Of a stretch of 32,000 nt of DNA, positions 8,916-16,118 are shown piece by piece. The position numbers were made by a program, and so were the translations under genes. Numbering within the stretch: position 1 is the stretch's first letter; the number at the start of each line of letters is the position of its first letter. The DNA is from Xylanibacter ruminicola 23 (GTDB taxonomy: Bacteria; Bacteroidota; Bacteroidia; Bacteroidales; Bacteroidaceae), in contig NC_014033.1 in the NCBI RefSeq assembly GCF_000025925.1, positions 2,580,001 through 2,612,000 of the forward strand, read 5' to 3'. Under the pieces are notes generated by a model, which ran no database searches, was not told the DNA's origin, and saw only the letters and a program-made list of their open reading frames with translations.

Positions 8916-9372
8916 ACCTATGAAAGAAATCAAAGACAAATCGCTCGAATTTGTGCTCCACCACTATCAGACAGGCAAATTCGACACCCAGAAAGCGCTG
9001 CGTAAAGTATCACCTGCAAAGGTTATCCCACTTTGGCGAAAAGTGGCTGTTGCCGCCTCGTTCACACTCCTGCTACTGGCTGGGGCATATGCCGCTTACA
9101 CCACAGGATTTTTTTCACAAACCGAAGATCCTATCAATAGCGAGCAGCCAGCAACAACTACCACCATTGTACAGACATCAAAGCATTTCCACTTCGACAA
9201 CACACCGCTGCCTGAGGTGCTGAAGACATTAGGTGATCATTATCAGGTGACCCTGACTGCCGACAAGACCGACAAGCACTTGACAGCCGACTTCGACTCT
9301 GACAATCTGGAACAAACAATCGAGATGATAGAACATGTTTTAGAGGTAAAAATTACCGTTTCTAAAAAATAA
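8908..9372 (+). CDS. Small single-pass membrane protein with FecR C-terminal (DUF4974)-like domain; candidate miniature anti-sigma factor
   Basis: About 44 cytoplasmic residues, then the TM segment VAVAASFTLLLLAGAYAAY. The C-terminal module is HFHFDNTPLPEVLKTLGDHYQVTLTAD...LTADFDSDNLEQTIEMIEHVL. The ATG overlaps the DUF4249 stop by 8 nt (ATGAGTAA). An alternative ATG lies at 8920. Confidence 0.6.
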   Translation: MSKPMKEIKDKSLEFVLHHYQTGKFDTQKALRKVSPAKVIPLWRKVAVAASFTLLLLAGAYAAYTTGFFSQTEDPINSEQPATTTTIVQTSKHFHFDNTPLPEVLKTLGDHYQVTLTADKTDKHLTADFDSDNLEQTIEMIEHVLEVKITVSKK

Positions 9373-9376
9373 TGTT

Positions 9377-9384
9377 TATCTTTG
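9377..9384 (+). promoter_or_regulatory. Bacteroidota -7 promoter box TATCTTTG
   Basis: Exact TAnnTTTG match only 10 nt upstream of ATG 9394. This implies a very short or absent leader. Confidence 0.45.
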
Positions 9385-9393
9385 CAACCAGAT

Positions 9394-9921
9394 ATGGCAT
9401 TGATTAAGAGTTATAGAGGTCTGGCACCCAAGTGGGGCAAGGACTGTTATTTTAGCGAGAACGCTACGATAGTAGGCGATGTAACAATGGGCGATGAGTG
9501 CTCGGTGTGGTTTAATGCAGTAGTACGCGGCGATGTGGCTCCTATCACCATCGGTAACTGTACCAACATTCAGGATGGCAGTTGTGTACACGTAACCCAC
9601 GAAACAGGTCCTACACATATAGGTAACTACGTTACTATCGGGCATAACGTAACCGTTCATGCCTGCACCATTCATGATAACGCCTTGATTGGTATGGGTA
9701 GCACCCTGCTGGATGGTTGTGAGATAGGCGAAGGCTCGATCGTAGCTGCTGGTGCCCTGGTACTGCAGAACACCAAGATTCCTGCTGGCGAGATCTGGGG
9801 TGGCGTACCTGCCAAATATATCAAGCCCGTACGCCCAGGCCAGACAGACAATGCCAAACACTATGTGGCCTACTCCAAATTCTATCTGGAGGAGGGCGAA
9901 ACAGAACCTATAAAATTCTAA
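9394..9921 (+). CDS. Gamma-carbonic-anhydrase-like / left-handed beta-helix (hexapeptide repeat) protein
   Basis: The segment GDVTMGDECSVWFNAVVRGDVAPITIGNCTNIQDGSCVHV...IGNYVTIGHNVTVHACTI is a typical YrdA/PaaY-type hexapeptide pattern with conserved His residues. The start is placed at ATG 9394 rather than TTG 9382. Confidence 0.85.
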   Translation: MALIKSYRGLAPKWGKDCYFSENATIVGDVTMGDECSVWFNAVVRGDVAPITIGNCTNIQDGSCVHVTHETGPTHIGNYVTIGHNVTVHACTIHDNALIGMGSTLLDGCEIGEGSIVAAGALVLQNTKIPAGEIWGGVPAKYIKPVRPGQTDNAKHYVAYSKFYLEEGETEPIKF

Positions 9922-9925
9922 GTAT

Positions 9926-11032
9926 TTATTTTAGCGTAGCTACAACATACTCGCTCTGGGTACCAATGCGGAACTTTCCGCCCCAGATGCCTATGCCCGA
10001 TGAGACATAGTACTGGGTGTTGCCACGCTGATGACTACCCCAAGAGCATTCGTAGATACGATCCGTAATCCAAGAAATTGGCCATACCTGTCCACGATGG
10101 GTGTGGCCACTTAATTGAAAGTCGACACCTGCCGCCTCAGCCCTATCAAGATTGTAGGGCTGATGATCGAGCACAAGGATGTATGGACTTTGAACATGGA
10201 GCTTTGAACTTTGAACTTTAACCAAATCCTTGATGGGTTTGCGGCGCATGTTGGTACGATCGTCGCGACCAATGATAACAATGCTGCTATCTATAACGGC
10301 AGCCTCGTCAATCAACAGGTGGATACCTGCATCCTTATAAAACTGTTTGGCACCAGGCACACCAGCATAAAACTCGTGATTACCTAAGCAGGCATACACG
10401 GGGGCTTTCAAGCGACGAAACTCCTGAGCCATCTGCTCCTCCTGCACAGGGCGCATACTACCATCGATAATATCACCTGCTATCAGGATAAAGTCGGGAT
10501 TCTCAGCATTCATCATATCCACCCAGCGCGCCAGCTCCTTTCGCGGATTGTGATAGCCAATATGGAGATCGCTCGCCATCACTATCTTATATTCCTTCGC
10601 AAGTGGCTTTGCCGACTTTAAATCAAGCGCTACACGCTCCTTATGATGGTAATGCAGATTACCATACACAAACACGCCCACCATCAGCACCAAGATGCCA
10701 AGGGCAGTATATCCGTTTTGGTAAAGAATTGACTTGGGTACCAGACGAACCAACCGGCCCAGATCGAGTACCAGGAAAATCATCACCAGATAAAGCAAAA
10801 CAAACAATGAGGATGTACCTATCTCGTAAGCCCAACGAGCCGTCCATAAAGGTAAGCTATCAAAGGCGCGACGGAAATTCAGGAACAGCATCACAAAACT
10901 CAGTACGCCAACAGCGATAACAAGCCCTTTGAGCCAAGCCTGCACAGGCAGCATCACCCAGATGTGCCAAGCCAGATAGCCGATAGCCAAGAATGGTAAT
11001 AACAGGAATAGTATCATCCACATAGTTTTCAT
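9926..11032 (-). CDS. Membrane-anchored calcineurin-like metallophosphoesterase (YkuE-like)
   Basis: The N-terminal ~125 residues form several hydrophobic helices. The phosphoesterase motifs are MASDLHIG, IAGDIIDG, GNHEF and LSGHTHRGQ. Confidence 0.85.
   Translation of the reverse strand: MKTMWMILFLLLPFLAIGYLAWHIWVMLPVQAWLKGLVIAVGVLSFVMLFLNFRRAFDSLPLWTARWAYEIGTSSLFVLLYLVMIFLVLDLGRLVRLVPKSILYQNGYTALGILVLMVGVFVYGNLHYHHKERVALDLKSAKPLAKEYKIVMASDLHIGYHNPRKELARWVDMMNAENPDFILIAGDIIDGSMRPVQEEQMAQEFRRLKAPVYACLGNHEFYAGVPGAKQFYKDAGIHLLIDEAAVIDSSIVIIGRDDRTNMRRKPIKDLVKVQSSKLHVQSPYILVLDHQPYNLDRAEAAGVDFQLSGHTHRGQVWPISWITDRIYECSWGSHQRGNTQYYVSSGIGIWGGKFRIGTQSEYVVATLK
10188..10222 (-). repeat. Imperfect heptanucleotide tandem tract inside the metallophosphoesterase gene
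   Basis: Plus-strand 7-nt phases are CTTTGAA / CATGGAG / CTTTGAA / CTTTGAA / CTTTAAC. The tract encodes VKVQSSKLHVQS. Confidence 0.6.
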
Positions 11033-11046
11033 GCTTTACAAAAAAA

Positions 11047-12288
11047 TTACAGAGCGACAGACGAGAGCACCTTCTGCGTGGCACCCGACTGGCCCTTTAC
11101 AAAATGACCAGCCTTTTGGCCCTGCTCCTGCAGATAGGCAGCATCGGCAGCAAAGCGATCCATCTGTGCAGCAAAGTCCTCGTAGCTGCTAATCTCAAAG
11201 CCACCGCTGGTCTTCAGTCCCTGAGCCTCCTGGAACTTCTGATTGTTAGGTCCGAAGAATACGGGCACATCCCAAACAGCAGCCTCCAACAGGTTGTGGA
11301 TACCAACACCAAAACCGCCACCGACATAAGCCACATTGCCATAGTGATAGATGCTCGACAGCAAGCCGAAGCAGTTGATGATAAGAACTTCGTAGTCATT
11401 GACCATTGACAATTGACCATTGACCATTTTCTCTGCCTCGGTGTAACGGATTACCTTGCGGCCCTCGAGCAGTTTCTCAATCTGCTTGAGATGATCCTCG
11501 CCAATCACATGAGGAGCGATAATCAGTTTCCAGTTCTTATGCTCATTAAAGTATTTGATAAAGATCTCCTCATCGGGAGGCCACGACGAACCTGCCACGA
11601 ATACCTGAGGAGCATCTTTCACAAACGACTCAACGATAGGCAGTTGCTTGGCAGCCTCTTTAATCTGCAGCACACGGTCGAAGCGGGTATCGCCCACCAC
11701 GGTAGTATCGGTGATACCAATCTTGGCCAAGAGTTCCTTGCTGATCTCGTTCTGCACAAAGAAATGAGTGAAGCAATTAAGCACACGACCGTACTGACGA
11801 CCGTACCACTTAAAGAACACCTGCTCAGGACGGAAGATACTCGACACGCTATAAACAGGCACACCACGATGCTTCAGAATATGCAGGTAGTTGTACCAGA
11901 ACTCGTACTTGATGAAGAAAGCCATCACAGGACGTACGGTACGCAGGAAACGACGTGCGTTGGTGATGGTGTCGAGTGGCAGATAGGTGATGATATCAGC
12001 ACCCTCGTAGTTCTTACGCACCTCATAACCTGAGGGCGAGAAGAATGTGAGCAGAATCTTGTATTCAGGATGATCCTTGCGCAGCTGCTCCATCAAGGGG
12101 CGTCCCTGCTCAAACTCACCCAGCGAGGCAGCATGGAACCACACGTACTTGGCATTCGGATCTACCTTTTCGCGTAGAATCTTGAATGCCTCGCGCTCAC
12201 CACGCCACATTTTACGTACCTTCTCATTGAAGCGGCTATAAATAGCCACTCCAAGAAGATACAGATATATTACAAGGTTGTAAATCAT
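11047..12288 (-). CDS. waaA: 3-deoxy-D-manno-octulosonic acid (Kdo) transferase
   Basis: WFHAASLGEFEQGRPLMEQLRKDHPEYKILLTFFSPSGYE is the hallmark N-terminal KdtA/WaaA motif. The C-terminal GT-B part contains VGGGFG...HNLLEAAVWDVPVFFGPN. The ATG shares one nt with the gltX stop (TAATG on the minus strand). Confidence 0.9.
   Translation of the reverse strand: MIYNLVIYLYLLGVAIYSRFNEKVRKMWRGEREAFKILREKVDPNAKYVWFHAASLGEFEQGRPLMEQLRKDHPEYKILLTFFSPSGYEVRKNYEGADIITYLPLDTITNARRFLRTVRPVMAFFIKYEFWYNYLHILKHRGVPVYSVSSIFRPEQVFFKWYGRQYGRVLNCFTHFFVQNEISKELLAKIGITDTTVVGDTRFDRVLQIKEAAKQLPIVESFVKDAPQVFVAGSSWPPDEEIFIKYFNEHKNWKLIIAPHVIGEDHLKQIEKLLEGRKVIRYTEAEKMVNGQLSMVNDYEVLIINCFGLLSSIYHYGNVAYVGGGFGVGIHNLLEAAVWDVPVFFGPNNQKFQEAQGLKTSGGFEISSYEDFAAQMDRFAADAAYLQEQGQKAGHFVKGQSGATQKVLSSVAL
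11397..11427 (-). repeat. Imperfect heptanucleotide tandem repeat inside waaA
   Basis: Plus strand reads CATTGAC CATTGAC AATTGAC CATTGAC CAT. It encodes MVNGQLSMVND. Confidence 0.65.
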
Positions 12289-13811
12289 TAGCCCAGTACT
12301 TCAATCGCACGTTTCATTCTGGCGATGGTCTCCTCCTTACCCAGGAAGGCAGAGATATCGAACATGCCAGGACCCTTACCCTCGCCAACGAGAGTGAGTC
12401 GCCATGCGTTCATTACATTACCCAGCTTATACTCCTTCTGCTCAACCCAAGCATGTACAATCTGCTCCTGGTTCTCGAGCGAGAAGTCGTCGATACCCTC
12501 AAGCACACCAATCAGTTCGGTCATCACCTGAGCACTATCTTCCTTCCAGCGCTTCTTAGCAGTCTTCTCATCGTAGGCTGTAGGAGCCTCGAAGAAGAAC
12601 GAGCAAAGTGGCCACATCTCGTGAACAAACGATACACGATCCTTCATCATCTCGGTAACCTTGAGGATGCGCTCTGAGGTCTCGTTAGGACAGTGCTCCT
12701 TAACGATAGGCTCGAAGAGAGCAGCAATCTCCTCGTTGCTCTTCTTCAGAATATACTCGTGGTTGAACCAAACAGCCTTCTCGAAGGCGAACTTGGCACC
12801 AGCCTTAGAACACTTAGAGATATCGAACAGAGGAACCAGCTCATCGAGTGAGAAGATTTCCTGCTCGGTTCCGGGATTCCATCCCAGCAGAGCCAGGAAG
12901 TTGATAACAGCCTCGGGGAAGTAACCATCCTCACGATAACCGCGAGAAGTCTCACCACTCTTAGGATCCTTCCACAGCAGTGGGAATACAGGGAATCCCA
13001 GACGGTCGCCGTCACGCTTCGACAGTTTACCCTTACCATCGGGCTTGAGCAGCAATGGCAGGTGAGCAAACTGAGGCATGGTGTCCTCCCAACCGAAAGC
13101 ACGATACAACATGACGTGCAATGGAGCAGATGGCAACCACTCCTCACCACGGATAACATGCGAGATTTCCATCAGATGGTCGTCAACGATGTTAGCCAGG
13201 TGATAAGTAGGCAACTCGTCAGCACTCTTATAAAGCACCTTATCATCACAGATATCGCTCTTAACACGTACCTCGCCACGAATCAGGTCGTTAACCAGGA
13301 TCTCCTGACCAGCCTCAACCTTGAAGCGAACCACATACTGTTTACCCTCGGCAATCAGCTTCTCAACCTCATCCTTAGGCATGGTCAGCGAGTTACGCAT
13401 CTGACCGCGGGTATGACAATCGTACTGGAAGTTCTGAATCTCAGCACGCTTAGCCTCCAACTCCTCTGGCGTATCGAAAGCAATATAAGCCTTATCGGCA
13501 TCCAGCAACTGCTGAACATATTTCTTGTAAATATCACGACGTTCGCTCTGGCGATAAGGACCCTTGTCGCCACCAAAGCTAACACCTTCATCAAACTTGA
13601 TACCGAGCCACTTGAACGACTCAATGATATACTCCTCGGCACCAGGTACGAAACGGTTACTATCGGTATCCTCGATACGGAAAACCAGATCGCCACCATG
13701 CTGCTTGGCAAACAGGTAGTTATACAATGCTGTGCGCACACCACCAATGTGCAAAGCACCCGTTGGACTGGGTGCAAAACGTACTCTTACTCTTCTTTCT
13801 GACATAATCAA
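12288..13811 (-). CDS. gltX: Glutamate--tRNA ligase
   Basis: Class I signature [21 protein letters not shown] (HIGG). The KMSKS-type motif is GKLSKRDG. The length (507 aa) is typical. Confidence 0.95.
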   Translation of the reverse strand: MIMSERRVRVRFAPSPTGALHIGGVRTALYNYLFAKQHGGDLVFRIEDTDSNRFVPGAEEYIIESFKWLGIKFDEGVSFGGDKGPYRQSERRDIYKKYVQQLLDADKAYIAFDTPEELEAKRAEIQNFQYDCHTRGQMRNSLTMPKDEVEKLIAEGKQYVVRFKVEAGQEILVNDLIRGEVRVKSDICDDKVLYKSADELPTYHLANIVDDHLMEISHVIRGEEWLPSAPLHVMLYRAFGWEDTMPQFAHLPLLLKPDGKGKLSKRDGDRLGFPVFPLLWKDPKSGETSRGYREDGYFPEAVINFLALLGWNPGTEQEIFSLDELVPLFDISKCSKAGAKFAFEKAVWFNHEYILKKSNEEIAALFEPIVKEHCPNETSERILKVTEMMKDRVSFVHEMWPLCSFFFEAPTAYDEKTAKKRWKEDSAQVMTELIGVLEGIDDFSLENQEQIVHAWVEQKEYKLGNVMNAWRLTLVGEGKGPGMFDISAFLGKEETIARMKRAIEVLG

Positions 13812-13825
13812 TTAAAATTTGTGTG

Positions 13826-13833
13826 CAAAGTTA
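13826..13833 (-). promoter_or_regulatory. Bacteroidota -7 promoter box TAACTTTG for the gltX-waaA-phosphoesterase operon
   Basis: The reverse complement of caaagtta reads TAACTTTG. It lies 15 nt upstream of the gltX ATG at 13811. Confidence 0.5.
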
Positions 13834-13856
13834 CAAAAAAATTGAGAGTTTTTTCG

Positions 13857-13864
13857 TATTTTTG
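13857..13864 (+). promoter_or_regulatory. Bacteroidota -7 promoter box TATTTTTG for the 7TM-HD gene
   Basis: Exact TAnnTTTG match 28 nt upstream of ATG 13892. It sits back-to-back with the gltX box. Confidence 0.5.
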
Positions 13865-13891
13865 CACCATAATTGCATAAAATACGTAGAA

Positions 13892-15943
13892 ATGAGTAGT
13901 TTTAACATTAAAAACGACCTAACTTGGCGTGATTTTCTCATTCGTTTGGGTCTGATCATCATAACTGTTGCCATCATCGTATGGATGATGCCACGCAGCA
14001 GTCAACACAATTTCAAGATCGAAAAAGGCCGACCTTGGATATATACCGACCTGAAAGCGCCATTCGACTTCCCCATCTACAAGAGTGACGAAGCCGTGAG
14101 GGCCGAGCGCGACAGCATCATGAAGCAATATGAGCCGTATTACATCATGAACAGCGAGATTGTGGGCAAACAGGTACGCCAGTTCTCGAAAGACTACTCA
14201 AACGGCATCCCCGGACTGCATAACGATTACATCAGCATTATCTCAAACCGTCTGCACCGTCTGTATGAGCAGGGTATCATGAGCAATTCCGAGTATGCCA
14301 AAATCAGTAAGGACACCTCTCGATTTGTACGTATCGTCAGCGGTAAGAACGCCACCAGCTCACAAATCAGCCATGTGTACTCGGTGGTATCAGCCTACGA
14401 ACAACTATTTCAGGATCAGACACTTGCCAAGCATCGCGAGGTGCTGCAGAAATGCAACCTGAATGATTATATCACTCCCAACCTCACCTACGACAAGGAA
14501 CGTAGTGAGGCCAGCTTGAACGACCTGCAGAACAGTATTCCACTGGCCAGCGGACTGGTACAGCGAGGTGAGAAGATTATCGACCGTGGTGATATCGTTG
14601 ACGGCAAGACCTACAATAAGCTGCTATCGTTCCAGAAGGAGATGGAGCGCCAGAATGTGGACCAGGAGAAGATTCGCCTGAACATCATGGGCCAGTTGCT
14701 GTACACAGCCATCCTGATTACTTGCTTTACCATCTTCCTTACCCTGTTCAGAAAAGATTACTTTGAGAAAGTACGATCTACCACCATGTTGTATGCACTC
14801 ATCGTGCTGTTTACAATTATTGCCTCGGCGATGGTAGAGCATAGCGTACTGCATGTATATATCGTACCATTTGCAATGGTGCCCATCTTTATCCGAGTGT
14901 TCATGGATTCGCGAACAGCCTTTATGGCCCATTCTACAATGGTTCTTACCTGCGCCTGCTTCCTGCAGTATCCGCTGGAGTTTGTAGCCGTTGAACTGGT
15001 AGCCGGATTGGTAGCTATCTTCTCGCTGCGCGAACTGTCAAGTCGTTCACAGCTGTTCTGGACAGCCGTATCGGTAACCTTGGCAGGAATTCTTACAAAC
15101 CTGGCACTCGACTGGATTCGCATCAACGACATATCGAAAATCAGTTATAGCGAATACAACTACCTGATTATCAACGGCGTACTACTATTCTGCTCATATC
15201 CCTTACTCTATGTTATCGAGAAAGCATTCGGTTTTACATCCAACATTACGCTGATTGAGCTATCGGATATGAACAAGGCTGTACTGCGCAAGATGAGCGA
15301 GGTGGCCCCAGGCACCTTCCAGCACTCTATCCAGGTGGGTAATCTGGCTGCCGAGATTGCTAACAAGATTGGTGCCAAGAGTCAGTTGGTACGTACCGGT
15401 GCACTGTACCACGATATCGGTAAGATTGTTAATCCTATCTATTTTACCGAAAACCAGTCGGGTGTGAATCCACACGAGAAGATGAATCCGATAGACAGCG
15501 CCCAGATGATTATCAGTCATGTTACCGAGGGAACCAAACTGGCCGACAAGTACAACCTGCCCGATGTGATCAAGGAATTTATTACCACCCACCACGGACA
15601 GGGAAAAACCAAGTACTTCTACGTACAATATAAGAATGCTCACCCCAACGACGATGTCGACGACCTGCTGTTTACCTACCCAGGTCCTAATCCGTTTACT
15701 AAGGAGCAGGCCATCCTGATGATGGCCGACACCGTAGAAGCCGCCTCGCGCTCGCTGCCCGACTACACAGAAAAGTCGATTCGCGAACTGGTTAACAGAC
15801 TGATTGATGCTCAGGTGGCCGAGGGTTACTTTAAGGAGTGCCCCATCACCTTCCGTGATATTGCCTATGCCAAAACCGTGCTGATAGAGAAGCTGAAGAC
15901 CATCTATCACACCCGTTTGAGCTATCCTGAGCTGAAAAAGTAA
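13892..15943 (+). CDS. 7TM receptor with intracellular HD/HDIG phosphohydrolase domain (YqfF/PgpH-type; candidate cyclic-di-AMP phosphodiesterase)
   Basis: An N-terminal TM helix is followed by an extracytoplasmic domain and seven hydrophobic helices (about aa 290-470). The HD domain has FQHSIQVGNLA, GALYHDIGK and FITTHHGQGKTKYF. The start is set at ATG 13892 (MSSFNIK) because the track start at 13823 overlaps both promoter boxes. Confidence 0.85.
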   Translation: MSSFNIKNDLTWRDFLIRLGLIIITVAIIVWMMPRSSQHNFKIEKGRPWIYTDLKAPFDFPIYKSDEAVRAERDSIMKQYEPYYIMNSEIVGKQVRQFSKDYSNGIPGLHNDYISIISNRLHRLYEQGIMSNSEYAKISKDTSRFVRIVSGKNATSSQISHVYSVVSAYEQLFQDQTLAKHREVLQKCNLNDYITPNLTYDKERSEASLNDLQNSIPLASGLVQRGEKIIDRGDIVDGKTYNKLLSFQKEMERQNVDQEKIRLNIMGQLLYTAILITCFTIFLTLFRKDYFEKVRSTTMLYALIVLFTIIASAMVEHSVLHVYIVPFAMVPIFIRVFMDSRTAFMAHSTMVLTCACFLQYPLEFVAVELVAGLVAIFSLRELSSRSQLFWTAVSVTLAGILTNLALDWIRINDISKISYSEYNYLIINGVLLFCSYPLLYVIEKAFGFTSNITLIELSDMNKAVLRKMSEVAPGTFQHSIQVGNLAAEIANKIGAKSQLVRTGALYHDIGKIVNPIYFTENQSGVNPHEKMNPIDSAQMIISHVTEGTKLADKYNLPDVIKEFITTHHGQGKTKYFYVQYKNAHPNDDVDDLLFTYPGPNPFTKEQAILMMADTVEAASRSLPDYTEKSIRELVNRLIDAQVAEGYFKECPITFRDIAYAKTVLIEKLKTIYHTRLSYPELKK

Positions 15944-15952
15944 ATCCATTTA

Positions 15953-16052
15953 TGCACAAAACTACCCAAAAGTGTGCAAAAACCTGCACACTTTTGCACA
16001 TTTGTGCAGGTTTGTGTGCAATTTTCGTTAAACAACGTTAACTTTGTGTGCG
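15953..16052. repeat. Cluster of seven TGCACA/TGTGCA hexamers (last one degenerate, TGTGCG) in the intergenic region
   Basis: TGCACA at 15953, 15985 and 15995. TGTGCA at 15973, 16003 and 16015. TGTGCG at 16047. Confidence 0.8.
15968..15995 (+). terminator. Candidate intrinsic terminator after the 7TM-HD gene
   Basis: 11-bp perfect stem AAAAGTGTGCA (15968-15978) / TGCACACTTTT (15985-15995) with a 6-nt loop. The A-tract and T-tract arms could work bidirectionally. It competes with the alternative stem CCTGCACA (15983-15990) / TGTGCAGG (16003-16010). Confidence 0.5.
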
Positions 16053-16080
16053 TAAACATAAGATTTTAAAACATTCACTA

Positions 16081-16088
16081 TACCTTTG
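16081..16088 (+). promoter_or_regulatory. Bacteroidota -7 promoter box TACCTTTG for the FadL-like gene
   Basis: Exact TAnnTTTG match 31 nt upstream of ATG 16119. A second exact box, TAACTTTG, lies at 16039-16046. Confidence 0.5.
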
Positions 16089-16118
16089 CAGCCGATTTTG
16101 AAAAAAAGTGTTTAAATT

